Shown one piece after another: positions 1 to 13,429 of a DNA stretch of 64,000 nt. The position numbers and the translations under genes were made by a program. Each line of letters opens with the position of its first letter. Position 1 is the first letter of the stretch. Source of the stretch: Eledone cirrhosa (taxonomy: Eukaryota); NCBI GenBank assembly GCA_964016885.1, contig OZ024741.1, positions 63,426,001 through 63,490,000 of the forward strand, written 5' to 3'. The notes under the pieces are model-generated. The model searched no databases and had not been told where the DNA came from. It saw nothing but the letters and a program-made list of their open reading frames with translations.

Positions 1-112
1 TCCAGGTGCATTTTCGATTTCATCTTTTTTTCTTTATACTTTCACTCATGTAGGACACCTCGGTTATTTTTCATTTTGTAAAAAAAACCTCACTTTGTAA
101 TATATATATATA

Positions 113-168
113 CAGAATTAGCCGTCGAAACGGCTTGAGCTCAGCCGTCGGGGTCCTACTCGTTCCTA
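113..168 (+). mobile_element. Solo terminal fragment of the pLTR of the 20462-25101 PLE family, in (TA)n
   Basis: cagaattagccgtcgaaacggcttgagctcagccgtcggggtcctactcgttccta is nearly identical to 25047-25102; flanked by TA repeats. Confidence 0.85.
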
Positions 169-1253
169 TATATATGCATTTACTAACAGGGGAAAATGAA
201 CACTAAATGATGACAATGACGACCTCTATGTTCACATATTGAGGGCTCATTCTTTAACAATATGAAGAACAATTACAAAATGATAATATATGTGCGTGTA
301 TATATATATATACATGTGAGTGTGTATATATGTGTGTGCATATATGCGTGTGTATATATATACACGTACATACACACACACACACATATATCTATATATT
401 TAAAAAGAGAGAGAGATAAACAGACAGATAGATAATAGCTTATCCTAAGAATGAAAGCATTTCATCAAAATGTTATTATTCAGGTGAAACCTAATATTTT
501 TTCCACTCATTTTTTCTGCAAAAGGATTATTTTAAAAAATGAGAGGAAATTGAAACAAAAAAATTCTATTATTATTAATACTAATATTATTATTATTATA
601 ATTATAAAGTTTTCCAATGAAATGTTAAAGCATCAAAATGAGAAAGTGTTCACACCATTTTAGCCATTCAAAAACACACAAAAACTATTAAATTTACTAT
701 ATATATATATTTCGTCATGTCAGAATTGCATTGTTCTCTTTGTGAATCTCACTGAAACAAGTTTACTGCAATAGAACTGTGTCGGTGACCAGGTCACGAA
801 CTGGAAAATGCTGACGCCAAATAATAAATGACATATGTAAGTGTGTGTGTGCGTGATGTGATGTGTTGTTTTTAATGACTAAAATGACACTTCCATAATG
901 TATATAAATGTATGATTAGGATAATCTGAACCGACACAGTCTCAGATCCAGTCACTTGCCAGACATGTACAACTCCAAAATCATCTATGGTTGGTTCTTA
1001 TAACTTAATCTAAAATTATTACTATTATTATTTATTTTTTCTTGTAAATGTCCCACTCCCACCAAACCCCTACCTCCACACACATCCACGAAATTTTATG
1101 AAAATAATGAGATATGAGAAAGAAGAGAAGAAAAAGGTGAGAGAAATGCAGTCAAATTGTATGTTTTGAGCAGCAATACATGACCTAGATGCACACAGAT
1201 AATAAAAGGAAAATATAATGGAAGAAAAAAAAAAGAGAATGGTTTCACTTCAG

Positions 1254-1299
<46 letters not shown>

Positions 1300-1300
<1 letters not shown>

Positions 1301-1992
1301 TAGTGGTAGAACACTGGAAGGTAATATCCGTAGTGGTAGAGCACTCAGTCCATGGGACGAGTTAGATAGAAGTGGTTAAACAACAGTTAGTTCACCATAC
1401 CGAGAACAATTGTTTCACCTTAGCGGATCCTCAGCTCGTAATGGGCATGGTTATACGTAACAAGAAGGACAACCGTACGAACGCGCATGCGCAGAAACGA
1501 TCACTTCACACAGGCAATACTAAATTGCGTGCGAAAGTCCGAAAGTTTCTAGTTGATAAGAAAATTAGGATGTTGTTGTAATTCAATCCGGAGCTTTGTA
1601 ATTACGTAAGAGGTGTTTCCAGACGTATGGACAACGTGTGAAGAATTCATTTCTCGTGTTTAGGCAATCACTATTGCGTAATCTCTATAGAATATTTATT
1701 CGTTCATCAATACATAGTCCACACGACCTATTGCCCCATTGTGTATGGCTTGGACTTAGTCATGGCTTTCCATTGAATGGAGTAGTCTATACTTGAGTCC
1801 TTGAGGGACCATTCGTGGCTCGCGAGTTTCGTGGATGAACGTCTGTCCGGGTATCTAAAGATCGACTGGTGGTTCATGAAGCGTTCCTTAAATCGGCCCT
1901 CCGCCATACCCACATAGGATTTTACCTCCTGTGGTTGGTTTGGTCGGTTGGAAGTGACCACAGTATGGCGGAGGGCCGATTTAAGGAACGCT
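1300..1992 (-). mobile_element. 5'-truncated PLE (GIY-YIG C-terminus plus pLTR)
   Basis: ORF 1728-1961 (SYVGMAEGRFKERFMNH...KLASHEWSLKD...IQW) resembles the EN of the 21770 ORF; 1963-1992 is an inverted copy of ~1879-1908; HHR downstream. Confidence 0.8.
1401..1438 (-). ncRNA. Minimal type I hammerhead ribozyme
   Basis: Minus strand: cgag CTGAGGA tcc gctaa ggt GAAA caattg tt ctcg; stem I cgag/ctcg; palindromic CAATTG stem III region. Confidence 0.7.
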
Positions 1993-3090
1993 TGTGTGTG
2001 TGTAAACCTTATGCATTTCTACAGTATTTCCACCAAACTTAAGACATAGGTTACTTATGTACTCCGCATGGTCATGGACACTTTCATTTTTCCAGATATT
2101 GATTATAGGGCCTCCCGGCAGATAACCCACTTTAACCACTTCCTTGGAGTCGACTGAAGCACTGCAGTGTAATGCAACTAAACATCATAACTTCTGGAGT
2201 TCGCAACCAATTTTCACAAAACTTGACACATGGGCTACGTTTGCTCTACAGATGAATGTGAAAGGAACTTAACATTGTAACTTTAACACAGCTACTGAGC
2301 AGCCCCGAGGAATGCCGGGCTTTACTGCTATAGGCGATAAAGTTGTGCAGACAGACAGTCGGGCTGATAGACGTTGGAGGCATGCAGACAGACAGTCGTG
2401 CAGAGAGGTGATATAGGCAATAAAGTTGTGCTGATAGACAGTCGTGCAGAGAGGTGATATAGGCGATAAAGTTGTGCAGACAGACAGTCGGGGTGATATA
2501 CGATGGAGGCCTGCAGGCAGACAGTCGTGCAGAGAGGTGATATAGGCAATAAAGTTGTGCAGACAGACAGTCGGGCTGATATACGATGGAGGCATGCAGA
2601 CAGACAGTCGTGCAGAGAAGTTATATAAGAGATAAAGTTACGCAGACAGACAGTCGTGCAGAGAGGTGATATAGGCGATAAAGTTATGCAGACAGACAGT
2701 CGTGCAGAGAGGTGATAGGCGATGAAATTGCATTTTTTGTTTTGTTTTTCTTGCCCATCCAATTTCTTTGTTTCAAAATAACTGATAGTTTGGTTACGCT
2801 GATGTTTTTTCCTGAGACAAGTGTTGCAGTGTTTACATTTTCGATTTTTGTTAATAGATTACCAGTGAAGTTTTTATCCCCAGCATCCTCTTTTGTTTTA
2901 ACATTCGGGTTATGGTTATGTTTTCTTAACTTCATAAGGCATACTGTTGGTTGAGGGAATATTAATCAAAAGTACCACACGAAAGTCTACACTGTAGACT
3001 CTACATTTTTTAAGCCAAGAAAGGAACTTAACATTGTAACTTTAACACAGCTACTGAGCAGCCCCGAGCAATGCCGGGCTTTACTGCTAG
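1993..3090 (+). mobile_element. Non-autonomous Helitron with internal minisatellite
   Basis: 3' hairpin cccgagcaatgccggg, then CTAG|T at 3087-3091; body shared with 53881-54824. Confidence 0.75.
2330..2722. repeat. GC-rich minisatellite (gcagacagacagtcgtgcagagaggtgatataggcgataaagttgt, ~46 bp, variable)
   Basis: About 9 tandem variant units; related 34-bp units at 54395-54520. Confidence 0.9.
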
Positions 3091-3441
3091 TATTCTATAA
3101 AATCATAATTTTATATTTTAATAAATCAATAATCCTATTTTTAGTGACATATATATATCATTTTTTTTCTCTATTTTCTCACTCTTATTTCTTCGTTTTC
3201 ATTTTGTGCGATTATTAAATGTGTATTTTTTCGTTTCACATAAATCGTTGTATTTTTTCTCTGTCTATATGGCTGGATATATTAAACAGCTTCAGTAATT
3301 TGCTTTTAGCGCAAATAATTTATAACCAGAAGTAGATGTAACAGACAATTGAATTATAAGTTAATAAAAACGAATGCAGTATATTAGTCTGACAGTTTTT
3401 GTTTTTTTTAGTATGCTTCGCTGGCAATTAATAATCAACTA

Positions 3442-3491
<50 letters not shown>

Positions 3492-3623
3492 GAGGTAGTG
3501 ACTTTGTTGATATGTAATCAAAAAGTTATGTTCATAACAGATACGAACCACTCGACACTTGAGTTGATCGCATGCGGTCACTTTTACGAGTATGTCAGAT
3601 AACATTTTATACATCTAATATTG

Positions 3624-3683
3624 TATTTTGTCTGAAGAGGGCATGCTATGATTTAACATCCCTGAAGTATATATAACGAAATA
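3624..3683 (+). ncRNA. Degenerate hammerhead motif
   Basis: tattttgt CTGAAGA ggg...ccct GAAG tatatata acgaaata (GAAA>GAAG); related to 17754 and 60731. Confidence 0.45.
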
Positions 3684-3718
3684 AATAATGATGCTGTAGT
3701 GTTATATATTCCATTTAT

Positions 3719-3903
<185 letters not shown>

Positions 3904-3904
3904 G

Positions 3905-4180
3905 ATGGCGCCTGGCTAAGCAGTAAGGGTGCCGGTCTCATGAACGTTAGGCGATGAGATCGATTGCTGGACTTGGTGGCGCGTTGTGCCCTTGATCAAG
4001 AGACTTTATTATTTAACGTTTATCCTGTCCATACAGTTGTAAAAGTCACACATGTCGCACCGAATAACCCTAAAAATCGCGTTAAGCGTACGCATGTCTG
4101 TGGATTACTACACTACATGAAGGAAAACCGATACCAAATACTCCGGCTGTGATATCTCGATAGGGAAGCCTGCGACTTCT
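3905..4180 (+). mobile_element. tRNA-derived SINE (second family), degenerate
   Basis: tggctaagcagtaag box-A-like head and tgcccttgatcaagagacttt core; similar to the minus-strand copy at 13430-13642. Confidence 0.5.
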
Positions 4181-4289
4181 TTGGCTTTTAGCATGCGTTT
4201 CTTTCAAAAGCTCTAAAGGAGACACATCTTCATTTAAGGTGTAATAGTTTTATCTCAGCTTCATCTTTATACCAGTCGGTCTCCGACGG

Positions 4290-4460
4290 GTTTGCGGTGT
4301 CCTCGGCCCGAGGGCTACTTCCCTACTCACCACCATAGGCGCTGAGCTGGCCAGGCGCAGGTGTGAGCCCCGCGTGTTGGAGTGGCTTTTCCAGCGCGTC
4401 TCCCTTGCCGTACTCCGGGGAAACGCCTTCTCTATTCTGTCCGCCGGGGCTGTGGGGAGA
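4290..4460 (+). mobile_element. 3' fragment of CRE-like (RLE) non-LTR element
   Basis: Close match to 39150-39312 (GVLGPRATSLLTTIG...LEWLFQRVSLA..RGNA). Confidence 0.75.
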
Positions 4461-4587
4461 CAAGCCGATTATATAACGAATTCTGTTGAATAGTCTTAAA
4501 TAATTCAATAGTGTAAATATGACTACCTTTAAAACAGAAATATTATTCATAATGAATGACGTTATATGTCAATATATACCTACTTGT

Positions 4588-5349
4588 TCTATATTTTTGA
4601 GACGAGGAATTATTTACATTATATACATTGGACGGATAGGTGTCCTCATCTTGTTTTGTTGTTAACACAACGTTTCGGCTGATGTACTCTCCAGCTTTGT
4701 TAAGGTGTCCTAGTGATGTTATTATTAACGTTTGTTCAGGTCACTGCCTAGAATTGTACTCGGAATCTTGAGGTAAGTAGCCCACTTTTTAACGACTTTT
4801 TTTCCGTGATTCTTTTTTTTTTTTTCTCGTGAATTTTAGGGCTTATAAAACTGATATTTTTCTATCCTTCCTCAATACCGGTTCCCATATACTACTCATA
4901 TCTGCACTAGATCTGCTTAGGAGGTTATTATGTCCTAGTATATGTGCTGCGTCTTTTAGTTTTCGTGTTTTCCAGTGGTGTTCTCTGTCTATTATTTTAA
5001 CTTCATCCCACAGGGGAAGGTGGTCTCCGTTTTTCCATACATGATCAGCTATACCCGATTTATCGATCTCTCCTCGTGTCACAGGTTTTACGGTGTTCTT
5101 CTACCCTTATTTTGAGGGGGCGGCCTGTTATATAACCGGTAGGTTATACAAAGGCGAAACAGTGGTTAAAAATTGGTTAAAAAGTAGGCTACTAACCTCA
5201 AGATTCCGAGTACAATTCTAGGCAGTGACCTGAACAAACGTTAATAATAACATCACTAGGACACCTGATGAAGGCTGGAGAGTACATCAGCCGAAACATT
5301 GTGTTAACAACAAAACAAGATGAGGACACCTATCCGTTCAATGTATATA
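4588..5349 (-). mobile_element. Truncated Penelope/Poseidon-type PLE with inverted pLTR and 14-bp TSD
   Basis: ORF 4843-5082 (KSGIADHVWKNGDHLPLWDEVKIIDRE..RKLK) is a PLE GIY-YIG C-terminus; arms ~4615-4800 and ~5165-5349 are inverted; atatacctacttgt duplicated at 4574-4587 and 5350-5363. Confidence 0.85.
5261..5304 (+). ncRNA. Minimal hammerhead ribozyme in pLTR
   Basis: acac CTGATGA a ggctg gagagtacat cagcc GAAA catt gtgt; the mirror copy at ~4665-4708 has a mutated core. Confidence 0.75.
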
Positions 5350-5780
5350 ATATACCTACTTGTGTTATAGATTCTTTATTACTTGGTAGCTGGAGCTGAG
5401 ATTGTGTCACTCCAGATCAGAAGATCTGCGTGTATTAAGGAAAAAGCACTCAACGTGTCATGTAATGTGGTATCGCATGGGCAGTCCAGAACGGAGATTA
5501 CATACACTAATATCTTTTCTTGCGTAATTAGCCCTAATGAACATTTCTGTGGTCATAACGTTACGTCATGATGCTTTGAGCCAATTCCTGACACGGCGTC
5601 ACGAGACAGCCTCAAAGGTAATATATTTACTCAAGTAATCCATTTCAAGAACACTGCTACTTATTGATATGGAGACAAACCTGCTTCCAATGATGTTATT
5701 CCAAAAGTCTGCTCTATAAACGGCTAATTACATAATAAGAAAAACTGTGCAAATCTAGCCTTCGTATTTTATTATTACTC

Positions 5781-5955
5781 GGTGGATTGGCAGTATCAGT
5801 AGAGGATCGGACGCCATGCTTTGCAATACAGAGTTACATCCCTTTGCTTTTCATCCTTACGGGGTCGATAAAATAAAGTACCACACTGGGATCGATTTAA
5901 TCGACTGTCCCCTCCCCCAAAATTGCTGGCCTTGTGCCTATATGAGAAACCATTA
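5781..5955 (+). mobile_element. tRNA-derived SINE (main family)
   Basis: ggattggcagtatc head, ctttcatccttacggggtcgataaaataaagtacc core, ctggccttgtgcc...(att)n tail. Confidence 0.8.
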
Positions 5956-5964
5956 TTATTATTA

Positions 5965-6320
5965 TTGTTCTTTGAGTCTCAGTCATTGATGTTATTTAAC
6001 TGGAAAGTTTGTTGGAATGAATATCAAGCCACTACCTGCAGCCTCAAATATTCAGGACGTATCGGAGGGTTCTTGCTGTTCCCGGCAAGTATGCCTTTTT
6101 TAAGTGTTCCAAACGACGGGGCTGGACTAATCTTCTTTAACCATCCTTGGAAACTCCTTGAGATAGTACCTAGTGGTCCTATGACAATCGGGACGACCTT
6201 GATCTCATGGCGGTTCCAAATCCTTTTTAACTCCCACTTTAAATCCTGGTATCGGTTAATTTTCTCCCTCTCCTTTTCTTGCACTCTCGTGTCAAATGGG
6301 CAGGCTACATCTATAATCAT
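5965..6320 (-). mobile_element. 3' fragment of R4/Dong-like non-LTR element (RLE domain)
   Basis: IIDVACPFD..EKEREKINRYQDLKWEL..VVPIVIGPLG is the typical R4-clade RLE C-terminus; ends in (TAA)n. Confidence 0.75.
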
Positions 6321-9300
6321 TGTCGCTAAAAATGGATGTGATTGCCGTCAGCGAGACCAGAATTTCCGACACGCGCGCACTAGCACCCATTTTCGACGAC
6401 TATCAGATCTTCGCATCTGTTAGCAGGCCGGGAATAGGGGGTAGGGTGCCAGTGCTGTTTAGGAAAGGACTGGATCTCGAGGTAAGGTCGATCTTCCGGG
6501 ACCTGGACGGTAAGTTGGTGGTCTTGGATGTGAGCAGTAGCGAAGGTGGTGCCTTTAGACTGCTGGCCGTCTACGCCCCTACAGGGGCCGGATGACCGGA
6601 CTTCTTTAGGCGCCTGGAGACCTTTGTGGGTACGTCTCGCCCTTTACTGTTAGCGGGTAACTGGAATGACATCTTAGACGCACGCTGAGATTGTGTGGGA
6701 GTAGTCGATAGGAGCGGGGGGTGCAAAAGCCTCAAGCACCTACTCAGCCAGTTCCAACTGTCTGACAAGTATCGACTAGATTTCCCCAATGTGCCAGTAT
6801 GGACATGGACCAACCGAATGGAGTCATCTAGATCGTATATAGACAGGATCTTCATTAGGAAAATAGATAGAAATAGTGTGGGCTGCCCACTTTTTAAAAC
6901 GGTCGCCTATTCAGATCACAAATTTGTGATCTGTACGGTCGATCTAGATAAAACGTGTAGGATAGGACCGGGTTACTGGAAGCTGAACATGTCATTTCCG
7001 GCACGTAAGGCTTACAGGGACCGAGTCAACAATTCAGTTAAGCAAAAGTTGACAGGGAGTGGGGGGCTCTCAAAAGAGAGATTAGAGTAACTTCGATAGA
7101 GTTCAGCAAAGAACTAGCGTTAGAGAAAAATTGAAAGGAGGGGGAGCTGGTAGATAAGTTAGACGAGGCTATTTGTAGTGGCATTGCAACTGACGTGTTA
7201 GCGGCGAGAATGGCATTAGAGCAATGCGAAACACGAAGGTTGCATTGTCAGAGCTAAGGTGCGTGCGCTGATAAACGAGGGAACCAAAGTTGTTCGATGG
7301 GCCCGCGTGGCGGAGGCGCAGCGTGGTAATAAAACCACAATTCGGTCTTTGGCGAACCGAGACGGACACGAGATAAGCGATTCCAAGCGGATGTGTAAGG
7401 CTTTTCGCCAGCATTTTGCTCGGTTGTTCGGGGAGAGTGGCGAGTCAGAGAGAGTAGCGGATTTCAGCCCCTACCTTGACGGCTTGCCGCGCATGTCGAC
7501 GGTCGACGCTGAGCGCTGCGAAAGGCCGATTACTTCAGCCGAAATTCAGGACGCCCTTGTCGGCTGCATGAGGCGCAAGTCATCCGGTTTGGATGGCCTG
7601 CCCTACGAGCTTTACGTAAATATGCCAGACTTGTTCTCCGATCTCCTCGAAGTACTCTACTGCAACTGGCAGCAGAATGGGATTATTCCCAGTTCTGTGA
7701 GCAGTGGTGACGCTGATAAAGAAAGACGAGAACAAGAGGATTACATTAGACAACTTCAGGTTTAAGATTTTGGCCAAGGTGTTAGCAAAGAGATTGGCGC
7801 ATGTCGTCGAGGATTTGGTTGGGGAGGTGCAAACTTGCGCAATCCCACCCAGGTCCATACACGACAATCTCCCCCTCATGCGATACATTATAGAGAGGGC
7901 AGGGTGTAAACCTGGCTTCGGTGGGGCACTGATCAATTTAGATCAATCGAAAGCATTCGAAAGGGTCGACCATCGGTATATGGAGTTTGTCCTCAAAGCA
8001 ACTGGCTTCGGCCCTGTCTTCAGAAGCTGGATCGCTGCAATGCACATCGACACACGCTCGGTGGTCAAGGTTAATGGCCACCTCTCGGAACCATTTCGGC
8101 TCTCCCGATCGGTCCGTCAAGGGTGCCCTCTCTCTTCCCTTCTGTACGTATTGACTCTCGAGCCTTTACTGCGGAAGCAGGAGCTGTTGCAGGGCATCCC
8201 GCTCGAACAGGGATGTAGAAAGGCGGTGTCGGCTTATGCGGACGACATCACCGTGATGGTGTCGAACACCTCAGAAATCGAGGTGGTCGGCACCTTATTG
8301 AAGGAATACGAAAGGTTGACAGGAGCCAAACTTAACCCGGAAAAGTCGGTGGGCTTGCAGCTCGGAACCTGGAGAGGCAAGTCCATGTCGTCCAATAGCG
8401 TCGTGGGAGCTGGACGGACGGACCGGTAAAGTTGCTCGGGGTTTGGTTCGGACCAGACCTCCAGGTGGAAAAGAATTGGGACGAGGTAATGAGCAGAGTA
8501 GCCAGTCTCAACCAAAAATGGGCTAAGAGGAAGCTATCACTGAAAGGTCGTGCGGAGGTGGCGAATGCGTACATCGCGTCCATCATATACTACCCCCTGA
8601 CCATCGTGCCTTGCCCCCGTCCGCGCCTCGTCAAGCTGGGACGGCTCCTCTTCAAATTCTTGTGGAGGGGACAAGTTCCGTTGGTGAGGCGGTCCATCTG
8701 CTGCTAGCACCCTCTACGCGGAGGGCTGGGCATGCCGTGGCTAATGATGCGCAGACATGCGTTGAGGCTGCGAATTCTCCAGATATTCTGCCCCAACAGC
8801 TGTGGTCGCCGTTTATCAGACGGGCCTTTCCACAGCTCATTTATTTGACTGAGCTGCAGTCCTGGGTCTAGAAGAGCCCGAGACTGGGTACTGGCACGTG
8901 GAATGTTGCCAGGCACTCACTGCCCTCTACCAAGCGGGCAATGCGATCAGTGGAACTTTCTCGAGTTCTATAGAGGATTACTGGTGGGCAAGTGCGATGA
9001 CGTACTCGGAGAGGCTTTAGGCTTCGACGAAGTCGAACTGACCAGTCTATACCGGAGGACTTTTGAGCCGGGGACGATGGACAATTTCCAGAAATCCCTC
9101 GCTTGGCAGTGCTATCGGGGGGCTCTGCCGGTTCGGGATAAACTCTACAGGCACGGAAGTGCTGTCAGACGGACCTGCCCAAGATGCGCACAGAACGACG
9201 AAACCGTTCTACACGCACTTGTCCAATGTCCGTGCATAACTGACTTGTGGAGTTATGTCGAACAGCTACTGTCGCGTGAGAAACGAATCCGGCTATCGGC

Positions 9301-9875
9301 CGAGTCCATAGTGAAGATCGACCCACCGCCTTCCTTAGGTCAGGAAGAGCAGAAAATTTTCCCGTCTGGTGGCAGTTGAGAAAGAGGTTATATGTTGGAC
9401 CAGCTTAAAAGGACTGAAGAGAGACACTTTTCTCTTCGGCCAATCCCTCATTAACTTCTTCAAGTTTCACCTGTAAAGGAAGGTGAGGGTGGAGAGAGAA
9501 GTGCTGCCCCCCCCCCCCCAGTACATTTGCTAAAAGGTGGGTGAATGTGGCGAGAATGGCTCGTGTGAATGGGCCTACTCTGACCATGCGCCTATAGGCT
9601 AGCTAACTTGAGGAGAGGGGTGCTCTCCCTGGATGCCCTAGAAGTGCAGGGTGGTTCAAGATTGGTGGGGTACCCGAGTCACCCCAGGGTCGTCCACTCC
9701 CTATCGGGGAATTTATTTTGTTATATTTATGCATAGTTTATTTTATATTTTTATATCTTCATTGTTAAATTAGTCTTGCCATTGTGTACCTTTACTCGAC
9801 CTTATTGTAAACCCCCACTGTCCCTGTCTTTGTATTGTCCCCTACACGTCGGCCCTTGTGGCTAATAAATGAAAT
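6321..9875 (+). mobile_element. L1/Tx1-clade LINE ORF2, decayed by stops and frameshifts
   Basis: APE motifs (VSETR, VYAP, YIDRIF, YSDH, YWKLN); RT motifs (KILAKVLAKRL, LDQSKAF, VRQGCPLS, AYADDI); C-terminal CPRC..ETVLHAL..C; 3' tail ggctaataaatgaaa then (att)n. Confidence 0.92.
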
Positions 9876-9934
9876 CATTATTATTACTATTATTCATCAA
9901 TTATTATTATTATTAGTATCATCATCATTATTAC

Positions 9935-10343
9935 GAATTGGCAGTATCGCTAGAGCGTCAGACACCACGCTTTACAGCATAGAGTTGTGGTCCTTTACAT
10001 TCTGAGTTCAAATCCCGCCGAGGTCAACTTTGCCTTTCATCCTTACGGGGTCGATAAAATAAAGTACCAGTAATGCACTGGGTAATTGCTGACCTTGTGC
10101 CAAAAATAGAAACAATTATTATTGTTAAGGCTGGTGGATTGGCAGAATCGGTAGAGGGTCGGACAGCATGCTTAGCGGCATATAGTCACGGTCCTTTACA
10201 TTCAAATCCCGTCGAGGTTAGATTTACTTTTCAAACCTTACGCGATTAATAAAATAAATTACCAGTAACGCCCTGGGGTCGATTTGATCGACTTTCCCCT
10301 CCTCCATATTACTGGCCTTGTGCCTATACTAGAAATCATTATT
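9935..10343 (+). mobile_element. Two tandem main-family SINEs
   Basis: Box A-like tggcagtatcg, box B gagttcaaatcc, shared core; second copy from ~10128. Confidence 0.85.
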
Positions 10344-10345
10344 AC

Positions 10346-10383
<38 letters not shown>

Positions 10384-12414
10384 GAGAGGTGTTTGCTTAC
10401 ATTCGACTATCTCCAAAATATTGAGATCATGGTAATAGAGTAATGCATATGATGAGAATAGAGCATAGTAAATACATAAAGAATACCATGGATTCGTTAC
10501 TGTTTTCTTCTTCAATTTAATATATATGAAGACGTATTACCTGATACTTTTGTGTTATGTATGTAAGTATATATGCATATATGCGTTTGCGCATTTACAT
10601 ATGTTTTATACTAAATCATACACAAACGCACTTGGAAACACTATAAAATAGAGACAGGGAGTGATGGGAGCCAATGCGAATTTAAGCCTTATATGCATAC
10701 AACTGTATACCCATATGAATATATGAATACATATTTCTATAGAAGTATATCTAGGTATATTTTAATTATTATACACATATTTGTAATTCAACTTTAAATT
10801 AAATAAACACACAACAAAGAACATACATATTTATTCGCACGAAATAGACCTATGAAATAAATTGAAAACTGAAATAATATGAAATCTATGATATACCAAA
10901 ATATAGAAAATTGTGTTAAATTTTATATATATATGTATTACATGTTGAAGTAGACTTTGCATTGGACAGTTTGATATTTGTTTTCAATACCAATATCAGT
11001 AATCTATTGATTCTTCATTGAGTCTTAGGGATGTTGTCGTGACATACGTCATAGGCTTTTAAACTTGGTGGATCCCATCCCTATCCAGGTTTGAATACAG
11101 CTGATGTCTTCCAGAGAGGGGGGGGGGTGAGAAACAGAGAGATAAAGAGAGAGAGAGAAGCAGAGAAGGAAAGAGAGATAGGGAGAGAGAATCAGTGAGC
11201 GAAAGAGAGAAGAGAGAAGTTAGGAGAGAGAAAGCTACATACAGAAGAATCCACAGTTTGACTTTGGTAAACGTCTAGAAACATTGCTTGTACAATCGCA
11301 GCAGCAATACATCATGAATCAGATGTCTTACGTGGTTGCAATGGGTGTAACAATATAAGAGGCGGTCATGCCTGGTAATAGATAGGTTGAATCAGGGTTA
11401 ATGATAGCAGGAACTTCAGCAATAAGTAAACAAATATATATTAGAAAATATTTTGTACATATTATTGATCTTTGGAGCTATGTTTGTAAGTAAATGGTGT
11501 ATGTGCGGAAGAAACTGTGCAGCTGTATTTGGAAGGGTGCGACAATGGGATCAATATGTATTCTGCATACGCAAATGATATTGCGTACATGTTTGGTGTG
11601 GATGTGTAGAATGGTCGTATCAGTATAGGATATAAGAGAGATGAGAGGAATATGTGATAATCCCTTCTGAGAATTAAATATTCTGCATGAGTTATTGTTG
11701 TATATTACGTAGGTTCCGCTCTTAGTGTTTTAGGGAGCATGCTGTGCTGGTTTTGAAGGACTTGTTTCATAATTTTAATTAAATATGTTTCCTGTTTCAT
11801 GAACGCTTTATAATAGAATTATTGGTTATATTTCACGTCAGAGAATTAAATTCTTTGTAGAATACAAAACTCGTATTGATGCATAAAGTGTTAAATTCTC
11901 ACACTTCAGAAATGTCAAGCAAAATAAATAGAAAAAGCAAAGGAAAGAAAGAAGTCGCTTAACATAATTCTGATGTTCAGTAGAAAAGTTTCTTTCGATA
12001 CTACAAATAATTGTTTATTCAGATTTGTAAAAAGTCATTAAAAAATGTAAATAATTATGCGTACACTAGAAAACCGAAACCTACAGTATTCTATGGAACA
12101 ATTCAGCATATGATTACAAAATAGGAACTTCTATCATAAAAAAATGAATCTCAATATTTTTCATTCATAAGTGGCGCAATTCGAAGCAACTAAGAATGTT
12201 TTGGTACAGTGTTTGCATAAAATGATATAAAAGTTAAGTTATACAAAAGATAAAAAAGGTATTTATATATTTTAGCACATCAGAGTCAGTAATCTAAGCC
12301 AGAAAAATTAAGTATTTACATCTTGAATCGAAGAATGATACATAGCTTTATAATTCCCGTTTGTATTTATCACATTTTAAGAATATTATTTCATTATTTA
12401 CATGGTGTTGAAAG

Positions 12415-12845
12415 CAGTAGATTTTGAGAATCATTGCGAGTCAGACAAAATTCTCTGCGGTATTTGTTCCCAGTTTAAACCCAACCTGCGTCACTTTTGC
12501 CCCTCGTGCTTCCCGTGTTGATAATATAAAGTACCAGGTAATTACCGGGGTCGATATAATCGACTTCCTTCAAATTGTTGGCCTTGAGCCAATGTTAGAT
12601 AGAATTATTTACGTGATAACTCGGCTGCGGATTAATGGAATTGTTGGCGATTCCGACAAAATATTATGCGATATTAATTCCCGCATTTTACACTCGGTGA
12701 TCCAATCCTCTCAAGGTCAACTTTACCTTTCATCCATCCAAAATAGAATAAATTACGTACCAGTCAAGTGTTTGGGTGGTTATAATTGTTTTTTTCATTC
12801 CCACAAAAGTTCTGGCTATCTGGCAATGTTAGAAATAATTATTTG
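12415..12845 (+). mobile_element. Two old, diverged main-family SINEs
   Basis: aaagtaccag, ggggtcgat, ggtcaactttacctttcatcc remnants. Confidence 0.55.
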
Positions 12846-13429
12846 CGTGGTGTTACAAGAGCCATTTCATGGCTCATCGTTTTGTATGTACTAAATTAAG
12901 TAGGGTCAAATCATTTCCATACACTTTGTAACTCTTAATGCTATAGTGCATTCAACACATCAGGAAGATCAATATAACAATAATAAAAATCACGAGAAAT
13001 ATATGCACTATAAATCAAGCCAACAGTAATAAAAGAAAAGCAAAGAATAAAACTAACAAAATAATCACTTTGCTGCAGAGACATGATAGTCATTTAAATC
13101 ATATATACCGGTATATATATACCTTTGTTTTATTGTTTAGCTTTATAAACAATAAATCGTTCTATATGAATTTGATGTGTGCCTTCTCTCCCAAAAATGA
13201 ATAACAAAAATCAATAAGCTATAGCCGCAGAGATAAGAGGATAAACGATAAAAACGGAAAGTGTGCCACAGATTAAAAATGAAAAGTTTGCAACAGAGAA
13301 AGGGAGAAAGTATGTAAAATGTAACGGTGAGAGGCTGTGAGAAAGAAAATGTGGGAGATACAACAGATTACTTACCACATTCAAACACAATGTACTCACC
13401 ACATAAACCCATCCAAATGTATATATAGG

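Noticed and set aside
2330-2722. Repeat with variable interspersed segments as a CRISPR array or repetitive protein
   Set aside because: Variants of one minisatellite inside a Helitron
11280-11760. Possible old CR1/Jockey-type LINE remnant
   Set aside because: Too degenerate to support from motifs
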